A model generated the notes under the pieces. It ran no database searches. It was not told the DNA's origin and worked only from the letters and a program-made list of their open reading frames with translations. Below, one piece after another: positions 11,954 through 24,521 of a stretch of 64,000 nt of DNA (position 1 is its first letter; each line of letters starts with the position of its first letter). Source of the DNA: Octopus sinensis (Eukaryota); contig NC_042998.1 in NCBI RefSeq assembly GCF_006345805.1, positions 37,386,001-37,450,000 on the forward strand, given 5' to 3'. The translations under genes and the position numbers were made by a program.

Positions 11954-12535
11954 AGTGGCGACCTAACAGAAACGTTAGCACGGCGGGCGAAATGCGTAAC
12001 TGTATTTCGCCTGCCGTTACGTTCTGAGTTCAAATTCCCCCGAGGTCGACTTTGCCTTTCATCCTTTCGGGATCGATTAAATAAGTACCAGTTACGCACT
12101 GGGGTCGATATAATCGACTTAATCCATTTACTTGTCCTTGTTTGTCCTCTCTGTGTTTAGCCCCCTTGTGGGTAGTAAATAAATAGGTATTTCGTCTGTC
12201 GCTGTATTCTGAGTTCAAATTCCGCTGAGGTCGACTTTGCCTTTCATCTTTTCGGGGTCGATTAAATAAGTACCAGTTACGCACTGGGGTCGATATAATC
12301 GACTTAATCCGTTTTTCTGTCCTTGTTTGTCCCCTCTGTGTGTAGCCCCTTTTGGGTAGCAAAGAAATAAGTATTTCGACTGTCTTTACGTTCTGAGTTC
12401 AAATTCCGCCGAGGTCGACTTTACTTTTCCTCATTTCGGGGTCGATAAATTAAGTACCAGTTGCGTACTAGAGTCGACCTAATCGACGCGTACCCTCCCC
12501 CAAATTTTGGGCCTTGTGCTTAGAGTAGAAATGAA
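11954..12535 (+). mobile_element. SINE family A trimer: head + (unit + Tx1-like tail) x2 + terminal unit, 184-bp period
   Basis: A box tggcagaa/B box gagttcaaattcc; core gtcgactttgcctttcatcctttcggggtcgat three times; spacers 12121-12186 and 12306-12370. Confidence 0.9.
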
Positions 12536-12587
12536 AATTTATATCTAAAAAAATCTGCAGAAAGTAAAAGGACCGATGGCATCCGTA

Positions 12588-13450
12588 ATATTGGGTTGAG
12601 TCAAAAGTTGTGCAATATTTTCGTAACTTCTTTGCTTTATTCTCAAGTTATAGCTTAAACCGCACTCCCAGTAGAGGTGTTCGCACTACACCCTCGGATG
12701 CAACTTTTCTTCACCTACTTTGGTCTCACAATGGTACTAGTTCTTGTCCTTCGAAACGAAGTATTCTTTCACTGGAATTTCGAACTTCACTTGGTTGATG
12801 AAGTGGAAGTGAGCCATGGATCGGAACGATTAATAATCCGAGGAAGATATTTTTCTGAAATCCTAACATGCACAAGCAGTGGTTAAGTAAGGGACCAGCT
12901 TCTGGAACCAGTCGCCAAATGCGGGTGTGTCGAAAACAAGGCGGGACTCCTCGTGTGGTGGAATTATGAGGGAATAATTTACCTAAAATTCGTTTATTTC
13001 CAACAGTTAAACCACCGATGCCAACTGGTACTCCGAATGGAGTGAATGAATGCCGTTGTGCGGAAGAAACACCCGGCATTGGTTAAATGTGCTCTTCAAC
13101 GGCAAAAGAACGTAAGACGGCTGCTTGAACGACCTGGACTGAACTCCAGTAACTTGAGAGAGGATCGAGCTGACACCACAACCAGCATATCGCCCGGGCT
13201 TAGATTCTTCAGATTATTATTTGTTCCGATCCTTGGTTCCATTCCTGCGCTTGCAACGCTTCATCAACTAAGAGGAATTAAAAGATTTCAGTGAAGGATG
13301 GACAATAACTACTTTCAGTGTAGGATCAACGAATTGGTAGACAGATGGCTTCCGACGGTACAATGCAATGGCCTCTACTTTTTTTTCTAACTTGTTGAAT
13401 AAAGGAAACAAATTGACAGAATATTGCAAAAGTTCGCATCATCACAATAA
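12588..13450 (+). mobile_element. Degraded mariner transposon
   Basis: Fragments read KQWLSKG.., LVWWNYEGIIY, HPAYRPGLDSSDYYLFRSL, RINELVDRW..NGLYF; weak terminal inverted similarity (tgcaatatt). Confidence 0.7.
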
Positions 13451-14488
13451 TAAAATGTTCAGGTATTCTGCAGGTAATGGCTAAGTGCAGCAGCAAATAG
13501 TTTCGGCAGAAGTAGAAAACTTTAATATAACTTCTGTTAAAATATCTCATGATACTTATAAAATCTTGGAAATGAAATAGCATTCGATTCCGGAATAGAT
13601 TTGCTATATTTATAATTATATTGAAGTTCATATGGGGCGAGTTTATGAGATTTTAGTATATATGTATCCAGTAGTCTTTCAGAATATCAAATACCATCAG
13701 GTGCCACAATTTAACAGTTAGAAATTATTAAGTTTCTTTTGACCGGAGATCATAGCTGACATATATATTTACAGATGGAGAAAGCCAAAGCTTGATCATT
13801 ATGTGGTAGGAGGTTGTGCATTCGATGTATTATATATACGCATATAGACAGAAAGACACACACGCAAAGTTTCACACACGTATAAATATATATTATAAGG
13901 GAGACAGAGAGTTGCAAAATGCACTGAGATGTTTGCATTGAAGAGTCGAATCATGGTACTTCTGTTACAGAGAGGCAAATATGCATAATTAAAGGAAAGA
14001 ATTTTATAGAATAGATATTACGTGGAGAAATAGGAAAATGAGCAGAGAGGTTAAGAAATGAATAAAATATTAACAATACGAGCGTGAATGTGCGCAGAGT
14101 TTGTCAGAGATGCATTTATGTAATTCATAATGTCTACATCGTTAGGCGCTGTGCACAGAAAACCGAAACATGACTTCTGAGAAACCCGAAATTCTTTCGT
14201 CTCGCATCACACCGAAAGTGGAATAAACATTCATTAAATGAAATTAATTAAAATAGACATGATTAACTGAGGCCACGCTCGAGCAGTGACTCGAAGAACT
14301 TTTAATCGAATAAACCAAGTCCAGTAGTTATTTTTTTAAAGGTGGTGCTTATACTATCGGTCCATTTTGCCGAAACGCTAAGTTACGGTGACGTAAACAT
14401 ATCAACAGCGGTTGTCAAGCGATGGAAGTGTACAAAAATAGGCACACACATCCACATCCACATCCACACGCACACACTCCACACAAAT

Positions 14489-14563
<75 letters not shown>

Positions 14564-14616
14564 ACACACACACACACACACACACACACACATTCTTTTA
14601 TTATTTTTAATTTTTC

Positions 14617-15045
14617 ACTTGTGTCAGTCATTTGACTGCGGCTGTGCTGGAGCACCGCCTTAAATGGATTTTCGTCGCAGAAATCAACCCAGGACTTATT
14701 CTTTGCAAACCTAGTACTTACTCTATCGGTTTATTTGCAGGATCGTTAAGTTACGGGGCCGTAAACACACCAACATCGGCTGTCAAGCGTTGGCTTGGTG
14801 ACAAACACAGACACAAGGCTACAGGCGCACCACTATACACACACACACACACACATATATCTATACATATATATATATATATATATATATGTACGACAGC
14901 CTTCTTTCGGTTTCCGTTTACCAAATCCACTCACAAGGCTTTGGTCGGTCCGAGACTATAGTAGAAAACTCTTGCCCAAGCTGCTACGCGGTGGGACTGA
15001 ACCCAGAACAATGTGGTTCGTAAGCAAGGTTCTTACTACACAGCA
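14617..15045 (-). mobile_element. SINE family B (CORE-like) with internal microsatellite; further partial copies at ~14250-14430 and ~15060-15200
   Basis: Head gtagtaagaaccttgcttacgaacca..ttcagtcccac, gggcaagagttttctactatag, tail aggcggtgctccagcacagccgcagtcaaatgactgacacaagt. Confidence 0.8.
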
Positions 15046-15334
15046 ATATGTGTGCGTGTGTGTGTTTAGCTTCGTGCGGTTTCCATCTACCGAATCCACT
15101 CCCACGGCTTTAGTTAACCCGACACTACAGTAGAAGATGCCCACGTTGCCACATAACGGGACTGAAGCCGGAACTGCGTGGTTAAGAAGCAAACTTCTTG
15201 CCTCAAAGTCAGACCTGTGTGGAAATGCTTGTTATTTTCTCTGCAGTCACGAAAAGTCTCTCTTGCAGAGTTACGGCATTGTTTACTTCTGTATCTAAAA
15301 CCTGCTTATCTATTTCGTTCCTTGGAACTCTTAT

Positions 15335-15622
15335 TGTGTGTTCCTTCTCGAGCCATACCTGGCTCATAAGGACCGGTTTCCCGGTTTCCTTGGCGTATAG
15401 GTTCCCCACATGGACGTGAACGCGGTCCATAGCAGGTGAGCTGCTAGATGCAGCAGGAAAGAGTGAAAGTTGTGACGAAGGAGTCAACAGAAATTCGCCA
15501 TTACGCTCTGCCGGAGCCGCGTGGGGCTTAGGTGTTTCGCTTATAAACATACACATCGCTCGTTCTGAGATTCGATCCCGCGATCCCTCAACCGCGTGTC
15601 CGTGACTCTAACCACTAGGCTG
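15335..15622 (-). mobile_element. tRNA-derived SINE family C
   Basis: Minus strand gcctagtggttagag..ggatcgaatc head, aacacctaagccccacgcggctccggcag body shared with 62935-63308. Confidence 0.7.
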
Positions 15623-16744
15623 TTCTATGTACCTCTACAGAACTCTTCAAAGCCTTTGATAATCTGTATTTGCTTTTCAAATGATTTCACTGCATTGAGT
15701 GTTCGGTTAGTTTATAAAAGTGTTCATACTTTCGGGCATCTCCTGTACAGTATACACCTGAATCTTTGAAATGTATGAATGAAAAGAAATAAAAACAATA
15801 ATTTGACATTCGTCAGAGAAAAATTTTATTTTAATATGTGCCATTTCGGTAGACATCATATTGCCGTAATTTAAATAGGTTATAGGCATTTCCAGTTTAA
15901 ATGCTGTCTGTACTACTTAATTATAATATTTAATGCCAATATTATATGGCATTAACCATATTTCAGTGAAAAAATGTTATGTATATTTCCGGGTTTTCGA
16001 TAATTAATGATATCGTATCTGTGCAACTCTATTCATTGTCCGATGGCACGTATCAAATGATAGCAATGGAATCACATAAATAGTTTGCCAGTAGACACAA
16101 TGAATCTAAACATTACCTGCCATCATGAACTGCAATTTCCAATGTCATTAATAAAAGACACAAACTTTTCAAATTACTTGCTGATATTTAGTTATAGCTA
16201 ATGGTTTCATATCTGAATAATTATAATTGATATGATGTTTTAGGAACAAAACGAATATAAATACGATACACTGTCAAGCGAACAAATATAACGACATACT
16301 AAAATTTGTGGCTGCTCTTTTGCTTAAACATGTCAGATGTAGGAAATTCAATGGCGACGTATTTGATAATAAAAACAGTAGGAAATGTCAGTTTTTTTTA
16401 AAGTAGCAGCTGTGCCACTTGACGAATGTTCATTTTGCTGGGGAATGAGCGGGTAATAGTAAACGGTTTATAAAATAGTAAGATATATAGTTGAGTTTAG
16501 TTCCTTCTGGATGTACATATCCATCAATGAAACACTGGCTTCAAAGCTGTGTTAATATTACATATTTCTCTAAAATATATATCGTTTAACGCTTCTACAT
16601 TCCATTCGCTCTTGCACTGGCAAAATTTACATGAATATTCATCTTCAGAAATACACATGGACACAAACTTATACTTATCACACACATACACACACTTATA
16701 CACACATACAGGTAGGTATTTATATGCACATATATACATGGGTG

Positions 16745-16773
<29 letters not shown>

Positions 16774-16775
<2 letters not shown>

Positions 16776-17004
16776 TTCTTAATTGCCCACAAGGGGCTAA
16801 ACATAGAGTGGACAAACAAGGACAGACAAAGGGATTAAGTCGATTACATCAAACCCAGTGTGTAACTGGTACTTGATTTATCGACACCGAAAGGATGAAA
16901 GGCAAAGTCAACCTCGGCGTAATTTGAACTCATAACGTAACGGCAGACAAATTACGGCTATGTATTTCGCCCAACGTGCTAACGTTTCTGCCAGCTCGCC
17001 ACCT
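16774..17004 (-). mobile_element. Monomeric chimeric SINE A ending in the Tx1-like tail
   Basis: Head + unit + tctatgtttagccccttgtgggcaattaagaaat running directly into (AT)n. Confidence 0.85.
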
Positions 17005-17016
17005 TCACATGGGTGA

Positions 17017-17047
<31 letters not shown>

Positions 17048-17793
17048 CGTGTATGTGTGCGTACGCGTGTGTGGGTGTGGGTGTGTGTAAGAAAATTTGT
17101 GCTTGGACTTATTTGCAAGCATAATCATGATTTATTAATTGTCAGTTACGTTGCTGAGTGAAATCGGCCAAAGATTTGGACATTTTTATGTGACAAAGGG
17201 CTCATGTCTCAGTGTAATGTCTAGATTATCCAGAATAATTGGTAAATATAGATGTCGTCATTTTGATGAAATATGTATTTTGAATGCCTGAAGTACAAAA
17301 CTTGATACATTATGAAGATCAATACACATTTTATTAAAATCTAAATCTATGCATATCACTAGCTTACTATTACATACGTTATGAGAATCAAAACTTATTT
17401 ATTAGTGAAGACATTTTGTAAATGCAACTACTCGCATATGAAAGCTAAATATTAGATTTGAAATCTTAAAAGCGTGGTGGAAACACTCCAGATAATCAAA
17501 CAAAATAGGTCAAGTCAGTTTCATTGAGATTGCAGGATCGACTTTCAAAAGTTGAATCCTGAACATGGTATCGTTGGGTCCTCTTAAAACGTTTCGTTTT
17601 CCTAAAATCCGATGCAACATATTCTATCTAGAATTGGCTGCAGCATTTTTCAACAGATGCTAGGAGTCAACAATTCCACAAAATTTCTGAGTATGCAATG
17701 GTAACGGGCATTATTGAAAATTAATGAGTTCTAAATTTGGAAGTTTGAGTATCTTCATTATATTATATATACCAAAACCTTTTCAAGTTGTTT

Positions 17794-17826
<33 letters not shown>

Positions 17827-18042
17827 TGACGGATGTGATGTCGTTTCAGCTCCGAAGGTAATCATTTATTTTGACTATTTAAAAGTGTATATTGACAAAC
17901 ATTTTGTGCTTAAAAGTTGTGCAACAACATCCACTGTAAACCTTTGATAAATATCGACACAAAATTTTGCCCCTTGTGGGCAAAATTTAAAAGAAAAAAT
18001 TCTCATAGCCTTCGTGGTTTCATTTAGCCATTTTATTTCCAA

Positions 18043-20180
18043 AATGGCCACTGGCCACCACGAGGCTGAGTTGCAAGTCAAGCGTGACGCAGAAACAGAA
18101 AAACAGGATGCTCTGTTAGCATACGCCGAACCTGACAACTCCACCACCATCAACAGCAACAAATACAAAACAAAGGTCGCAAGGCCAAGCACCGTCAACA
18201 CCATCAGTGAGTCCACCACCACCACCACCAACACCATGGCAGAATCTGCTACTAAAACTACTATCCCTACTAAAGATATCGCCACCAATAACAACACCAA
18301 CATCACCATCACCGCCACCAAAGACCGTGCCGTCAATGCTACTAATACTACCAACACCACCGCCGTCACCAAGAACGACAATAACAACAACAACAACAAC
18401 AACGACGACAACAACAATTCCCTTCAACCACTGCTCACTCCATCACCAACAAGTGAAAAAATAACGACGACAAGCAAACGAAATGCCGAAATTTGCGCTA
18501 ATGCAGGACTAAATTACGCAGGCAATTGTCCACCCCTTGCTAGTTGCATAATCAGCAACCACAAACCTACAACCCACACCCCTGCCATCAACACCAACAC
18601 CACCGGCAGTAACAACAATAACAAAACAACAACAAACTTCGCCGAGGCGATAAAAGAAAAGGTAACAAAAGTTTCGTTTACTACACAACAGATTAAAGAT
18701 TGCAGAAATCTTATTACAAATCAAAACGGAAAAATACTCTTACACATACCTCAGCACATACTGAATGAGGAGAAAAAAAAGACAATTGTATATAAAATCA
18801 CAAATAAAGAAACAAAAAGTCCAGAAAAGGCAAGCACAGACAAAGTCGAAAAGTGCTTACTGGGGATACAAGGATTGTGTGACTTGGGCGAACAAGTTCG
18901 CACACGTACAAGTGGTTTTTCAGAATGAAGAGTTGGCGAAGAAATTCTCAACGATAACCCTTCATTATGATGAACTAACGTTGACATCGAGTTACCTCGG
19001 CCAGAAGGTGACGAAAGTCATTATCAGTGGTGTCCCCCAAGTGACTACAACACTGTGGATTACATCCGCCTTAACATCCGAAATGGAGGACTTAAACATC
19101 CTAGATATCGGTGTTTCGGAAAACAAGGACTGGCTGGGAAAGAGAATAGAGTTCCTCTTCCACATAAGTCAAGAGGACATAAATAAAATCCCCACCCACG
19201 TACATCTTGAGGATGGCCGCAAGTTATACGTAGTAGTCGAGGGCAGAAGGCCACGATGCTATACATGTGGCAGTGAGGCACACCTCAAAAAGGAGTGCAA
19301 ATCTGCCGCAAAATTACAACAACAACAACAACAGCCACAGGAAAAATCACAAAAGCCAGGATTATTGCCCACACCACAATATGGACAGCTAGTCAAGAAG
19401 CTGTATGCAGAAATGCAGGAAAAACAACAAAGAACAAGCCAACCCAACCAAACAACACCAACACCAGCGCCAAGAACAGAATCATCACCACCAACAACAA
19501 ATAAACCAATTCCAACACCAAGAACGACAGCAAAACCCAAAGGAACAGAAAAACAAAGAAAACACACACAAACTGATCCCCCATCCCTTATACCGCACTC
19601 AACACACACAAACACTCAACAACCAACAACAACGAAAACAACAACACAACCACTTACACAGACATACATAGAAGCCCACAACATACCCCTACCCCCTTCT
19701 GATTCCTCAGAAATTTCGTCGGAAGACGAAACCAGTGAGGAATGGCAAATAGCTACAAAAAGAAGGAAAATAAAGAGCAGAAACACAACCAAACCAAATG
19801 CAAACACGAACAAAGCAGGGGGAAATACATCTCCCGAAGACATTTCAAAACCCAACGCAAACAACAGCCACACCAACACCACAAAAACATATACAGCAAA
19901 CATGCTCACAGCCATAGACACCAAAAACACAAATTTGATGGAATACATCCAATCAAAAACAAACATAACAGAAGATGACATAAAAACAAACAATCACCCA
20001 TACACAACACCACCAGACCACATCAAAATATTACACATCTCCAAAAGTCTGCACCACACACTCAAAGGCATTTTCCCCAGTGCGGTTGGTAAATGCCAAA
20101 AATATCTCACAAAGAAACTGTACTGGGATCTTCTCGAGGACAAACCAACGGAGGAGAAAGCAAAAACTTTCGAGCAGTAA
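18043..20180 (+). pseudogene. LINE ORF1 (Thr/Asn-rich N-terminus, RRM-like region, one CCHC knuckle), frameshift near 18870
   Basis: ORFs 18014-18928 and 18765-20180 overlap and join; CX2CX4HX4C at ~19260. Confidence 0.8.
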
Positions 20181-20211
20181 GTAACCCTCTGTATTCTAAT
20201 TCATTAGAACT

Positions 20212-22800
20212 ATGATCAAGATTGGTTGTGTAAATGCGCGTGGCTTGGGGTCCCCTGGAAACAAGGGTACCTCTTAAATGACATAAAGTCACATAAGTTA
20301 GAAATCATAGCCATAAGCGAGACCAGACTCCACAATCTGCGGGCCCTAAAGACCATGTTTGGCGGACAGTTCAACATTTATTTTTCCCCCTGTCTGCCGA
20401 GAATGGGCGGTAGTGGCACCGCGGTACTTTTTCACAAGAGTCTGGATCTCAAAGTAAGGACAATATTCGTAGACCCGGAGGGTAGACTGGTCGTCCTGGA
20501 TGTCGACGGCAGCAATGGGTGCGCTTTTCGACTCGTATCAGTTTACGCACCGCCCTTAACAGGTCGGGCGGATTTCTTTCAACGTCTAGAAGTTTTCTTG
20601 GGAACGTCTCGTCCTTTACTCTTAGTGGGGGATTGGAATGCTACCTTGGACGCGCATGTAGACTACGTGGGTAGAGATAGGAATAGACGGGGATGCAAAT
20701 GCCTCAGAGACCTGCTCAGACGCTTTCAACTGTCTGACAGGTTCCGACTAGACCACCCGAATGCGCCAACGTGGACATGGAGCAACCGCATCGGGTCGTC
20801 GAGATCGTATCTAGATAGGATACTGTGTAGGACAGTAGATAGAGATAGCATAGGATGTCCACATTTCCACATAGTCAGCTACACGGATCACAAACTTGTG
20901 ACATGTACGCTAGACTTAGGTAAGACACTTAGGCAGGGTCCCGGATACTGGAAACTAAACGCGTCTTTCCCATCGAGACAGGTTTTCAGAGACCGGATTA
21001 GCACACTAGTAAAGAGGGCTTTGACGGGAGCCATCATCAACAACAAATGGTGGTTTGCCCTTAAGAGAGCAGTAAAAGCAGAAGCGATTAGGTACAGCAA
21101 CGCACTAGCCATAGATAGAAATAGAGTAGAGGGTGAGCTAGTTAAGAAGCTAGAAGAGGCAATTAGAAGCGGCATCGCATCCGACGTTTTGGCGGCGAGG
21201 TTGGCCCTCGACCAACACTTCAACGCCAAACACGAAGGATGTGCTGTCAGAGCTAGGATGCGTGCTCTAAGGAACGAAGGTGTTGGAGCCGCGAGAGAGG
21301 CCCGGGTGGAAGAGGCGCAACAGGGCAACAAAGCCACCATTCGGTCACTGGTAGATGAACAGGGGCGCGAATTGCTCGAGCCAAGTAAAATGTGTGAGGC
21401 CTTTCAGCAGCATTTTGCCCGACTGTTCGGGACGAGTGGAGGGCAAGAACGTAGGGTGGACTTCAGTGCCTACCTACATAGCCTACCACGACTCTCGGCA
21501 AGAAAGGCAGGGTGCTGCGAAGGTGCCATCACGGCGGCGGAAGTGCGGGAAGCGATGGCAGAATGCTCGAGGGACAAATCACCGGGTTTGGATGGTCTAC
21601 CCTACGAATTTTACTATTGTATGCCAGACTTGTTTGGAGACGTCTTGGCAGCGGTATACTGCAACTGGCAGCAAAACGGGAGCATACCCGGTTTTGTGAG
21701 TCGAGGAGCTGTAACACTGCTGAAGAAAGATCCAAACAAGGGAAACATTATAGATAACTTTAGGCCAATCACTCTGCTCAATGCCTGACCGTCGTACCTT
21801 GTCCCGACCCTACCATCACCAAACTACAACGCATCCTCTTTCGCTTCTTGTGGAAAGGATGCGTCCCGATGGTCAGGCGATCCATTTGCTGTCAACACCC
21901 GTTAAAAGGAGGGCTGGGCATGCCGTGGTTGATGATGCGCAGACACGCGCTGAGACTGCGACATCTCTGGCTCTATGTAGACGACGGTGAACAGGTGTGG
22001 TCGCCGTTTGTGAGGCACGCTTTCCCGCAGCTCGTCTCCATGACCGAACTGCAGTCGTGGATCAAAAAGAGGCCGAGGAAGGGCGAATGGCACCGCGATT
22101 GTCGCGTTGCTCTCAAGCAACTCTGCCGTCCTGGGTCGACCTTAAGTGACTTCAACACAACCAAAGCATTCTATAGGGGTTTAGTGGAGGGGAGGTACGA
22201 CGACGAGCTCGGGTCGAACCTGGACGTCGACGAGGAGTACCTGACCCGCCTGTTCAGGACGACTTTCGGGCCAGGGCCCATGGACAACTTCCAGAGATCC
22301 CTGGCCTGGCAGTGCTACCGAGAAGCGCTACCCGTTCGGGATAAGCTCTACAGACACGGCTCGAGAAACACGGGGCCGACCTGCCCGAGATGCGGGCAGA
22401 GCGACGAAACCGTTCTGCACGCACTCGTTCAGTGTCCAACAATTTCCGACCTGTGGGCTTGTGTCGAACAACTGCTGTCACGTGTGGGACGAGTCGGTTT
22501 ATCAGCTGAGTCTATCGTCAATATTGTCACGCCTCCTTCCTTCAAACGGGAAGGAAGAGCTATTTTCATCATCTTGTGGCTATGGCGAAAGAATGTATCT
22601 GGTGGACGCGTCTGAAAGGATTGGAGACAAACACTTTCCTCTCTGGTCAATCTCTCATCAACTTCTTCAAGTACCACTTGAAAAGGAAAGTGAGAGTAGA
22701 GAGGCAAGTTTTGTCTAGCGAATGTTTTAAAAAAAGATGGGTGAATGTAGCAAGAATGGCACGTATGAATGACGAAGCCACCTTGAGCATAGTCCTATGA
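20212..22800 (+). pseudogene. LINE ORF2 (APE + RT remnant + CCHC), lacking ~850 bp of RT
   Basis: Stops at RPITLLNA (21784) and resumes at sequence matching 25717 of copy 3. Confidence 0.88.
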
Positions 22801-23134
22801 ACCCAGAAATCGAAAACAGAGAGTTGCTTATTTGCAAAAAAAAAAAAAAAAAAAAAGAAATATAAAATGTGACTTCATTGACCGAGGTTACCGTGGTCTT
22901 TTCCGTAGGCTTTTCTTTCCACGGGTAAACCTCACCTGTCCTCCCCTTTACACTTCATATTGACATTTCTGTGATAACGATCCCTATTGATCAATTTTTT
23001 TTCCCCCCCTTTTTTGTCCTCTTTCTCTCCTTTTACGATCCCTTTTTTTTTTTTCTAACCCTTCAAAAGAAAAGCTCTACCTTGTAATTTGTTCTATCTG
23101 TGTGCAGCCCTGTGTGGCTAATAAAGAAACATAC

Positions 23135-23168
<34 letters not shown>

Positions 23169-23169
<1 letters not shown>

Positions 23170-23440
23170 CGCCTATCCGCTGCTTTAACTCCTGTAAGTC
23201 CTGTGGAAACGAGGATATGAAGACCTTGTCCTTCTGATACCCCTAAATGAAAATGTCGCAAGGTGTCAGGTCGGTGGACCTGGGAAGGGTGAGCAGACCA
23301 TCAATGGCAAATCATTCACCTCAGCACAGACAATCCAGTGAGTTCTAGAAGATGCTGGTTGAGGTAATCTCGTACTTGCCTATGCCCATAGGGTGGGGAC
23401 ACTCTTTTACTGCATAAAGTTAGACACCTCTTCTTCTCAC
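23169..23440 (-). pseudogene. Tc1/mariner-type transposase fragment
   Basis: Minus strand reads PPYGHRQVRDYLNQHL..PRSTDLTPCDIFI*GYQKDKVF..PQDLQELKQRI. Confidence 0.7.
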
Positions 23441-23549
23441 TGGGGCAACAACCAAATAGACAGCATTGAACCCATTCATTTTGAATTACTCTGTATATCA
23501 CCTTTTAATTCTGTTTCTAATCAGCTTTCTTCTACAGATTTGTTTTCAG

Positions 23550-24031
23550 GTGTGAAGGTTGGCTTGCAACAGACAGTTATGCTTCGACCATCTACAATAT
23601 CTCCTGCAACAGATCAAATGATCATCCCATTTTTAAAAGCCGATTTGTAGACCATATTCAGCACTCGTTGAGCGATGGACACCTGTGGTTCTCTACTTAC
23701 GTGCACCCGTGCTATTCCACATTCAGCCGCACTCAAAGAATCGTTTGCTGTGCAACAGTCCTCTATCTTACAATGATAACTAATGCCATGTTTTCTCCTT
23801 TTGACAATAGACTCAAAGCAGAGAACGATCTTACAATTGGTCCAATTCGTTTAAATCTTCGCCAAATAGCTGTTTCTATCCAAAGCATTGCGATCACAGT
23901 GCCGTCTACATTATTCTTAGTGGCATGCTTTAAAGATTCGAAGCCGGACGGAACTTGCTGTTGTTGTAAGAAGAAACCCAAAGAAGATGAAGAAAATATA
24001 GATGATGATGATGATGATGATGATGACGGTG
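23550..24031 (+). CDS. Polycystin-1-like (PKD1L/REJ family) internal exon: end of PLAT domain and following TM segments
   Basis: tgttttcAG acceptor; open frame CEGWLATD..LSDGHLWFSTYVHPCYSTFSRTQRIVCCATVLYLTMITNAMF..; G|GTGAG donor at 24032. Confidence 0.8.
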
Positions 24032-24034
24032 GTG

Positions 24035-24504
24035 AGCGAATGTTTTAAAATAAGATGGGTGAATGTAGCAAGAATGGCACGTATGAATGACGAAGCCACC
24101 TTGAGCATAGTCCTATGAACCCAGAAATCGAAAACAGAGAGTTGCTTATTTGCAAAAAAAAAAAAAAAAAAGAAATATAAAATGTGACTTCATTGACCGA
24201 GGTTACCGTGGTCTTTTCCGTAGGCTTTTCTTTCCACGGGTAAACCTCACCTGTCCTCCCCTTTACACTTCATATTGACATTTCTGTGATAACGATCCCT
24301 ATTGATCAATTTTTTTTTCCTCTCCCCCTTTTTTTTTTTTTTTAACACCCCCTTTCTTTTGTCCTCTTTCTCTCCTTTTACGATCCCTTTTGATCGAAAC
24401 TCCCCCTTCCTTTTTTTTTTTTTTTTTTAAACCTTCAAAAGAAAAGCTCTACCTTGTAATTTGTTCTATCTGTGTGCAGCCCTGTGTGGCTAATAAAGAA
24501 ACAT
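24035..24504 (+). mobile_element. Tx1 family 1 3'-end fragment (copy 2)
   Basis: Nearly identical to 22717-23133; followed by (TCTA)4. Confidence 0.92.
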
Positions 24505-24521
24505 ATCTATCTATCTATCTA

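Larger units (their letters stand above)
17827..23133 (+). mobile_element. Tx1/L1-clade LINE family 1, near full length with internal RT deletion, flanked by (CTAT)n on both sides
   Basis: ORF1 with CYTCGSEAHLKKEC knuckle; APE (IGCVNARG, ISET, GDWN, YLDRI, YTDH); C-terminal CPRC..ET..H; aataaa tail; (CTAT)n at 17795-17826 and 23135-23167. Confidence 0.93.

Noticed and set aside
11954-12535. Repeat-spacer pattern superficially like a CRISPR array
   Set aside because: Eukaryotic context, units are 120-bp SINE bodies and the spacers are near-identical to each other; no cas genes.
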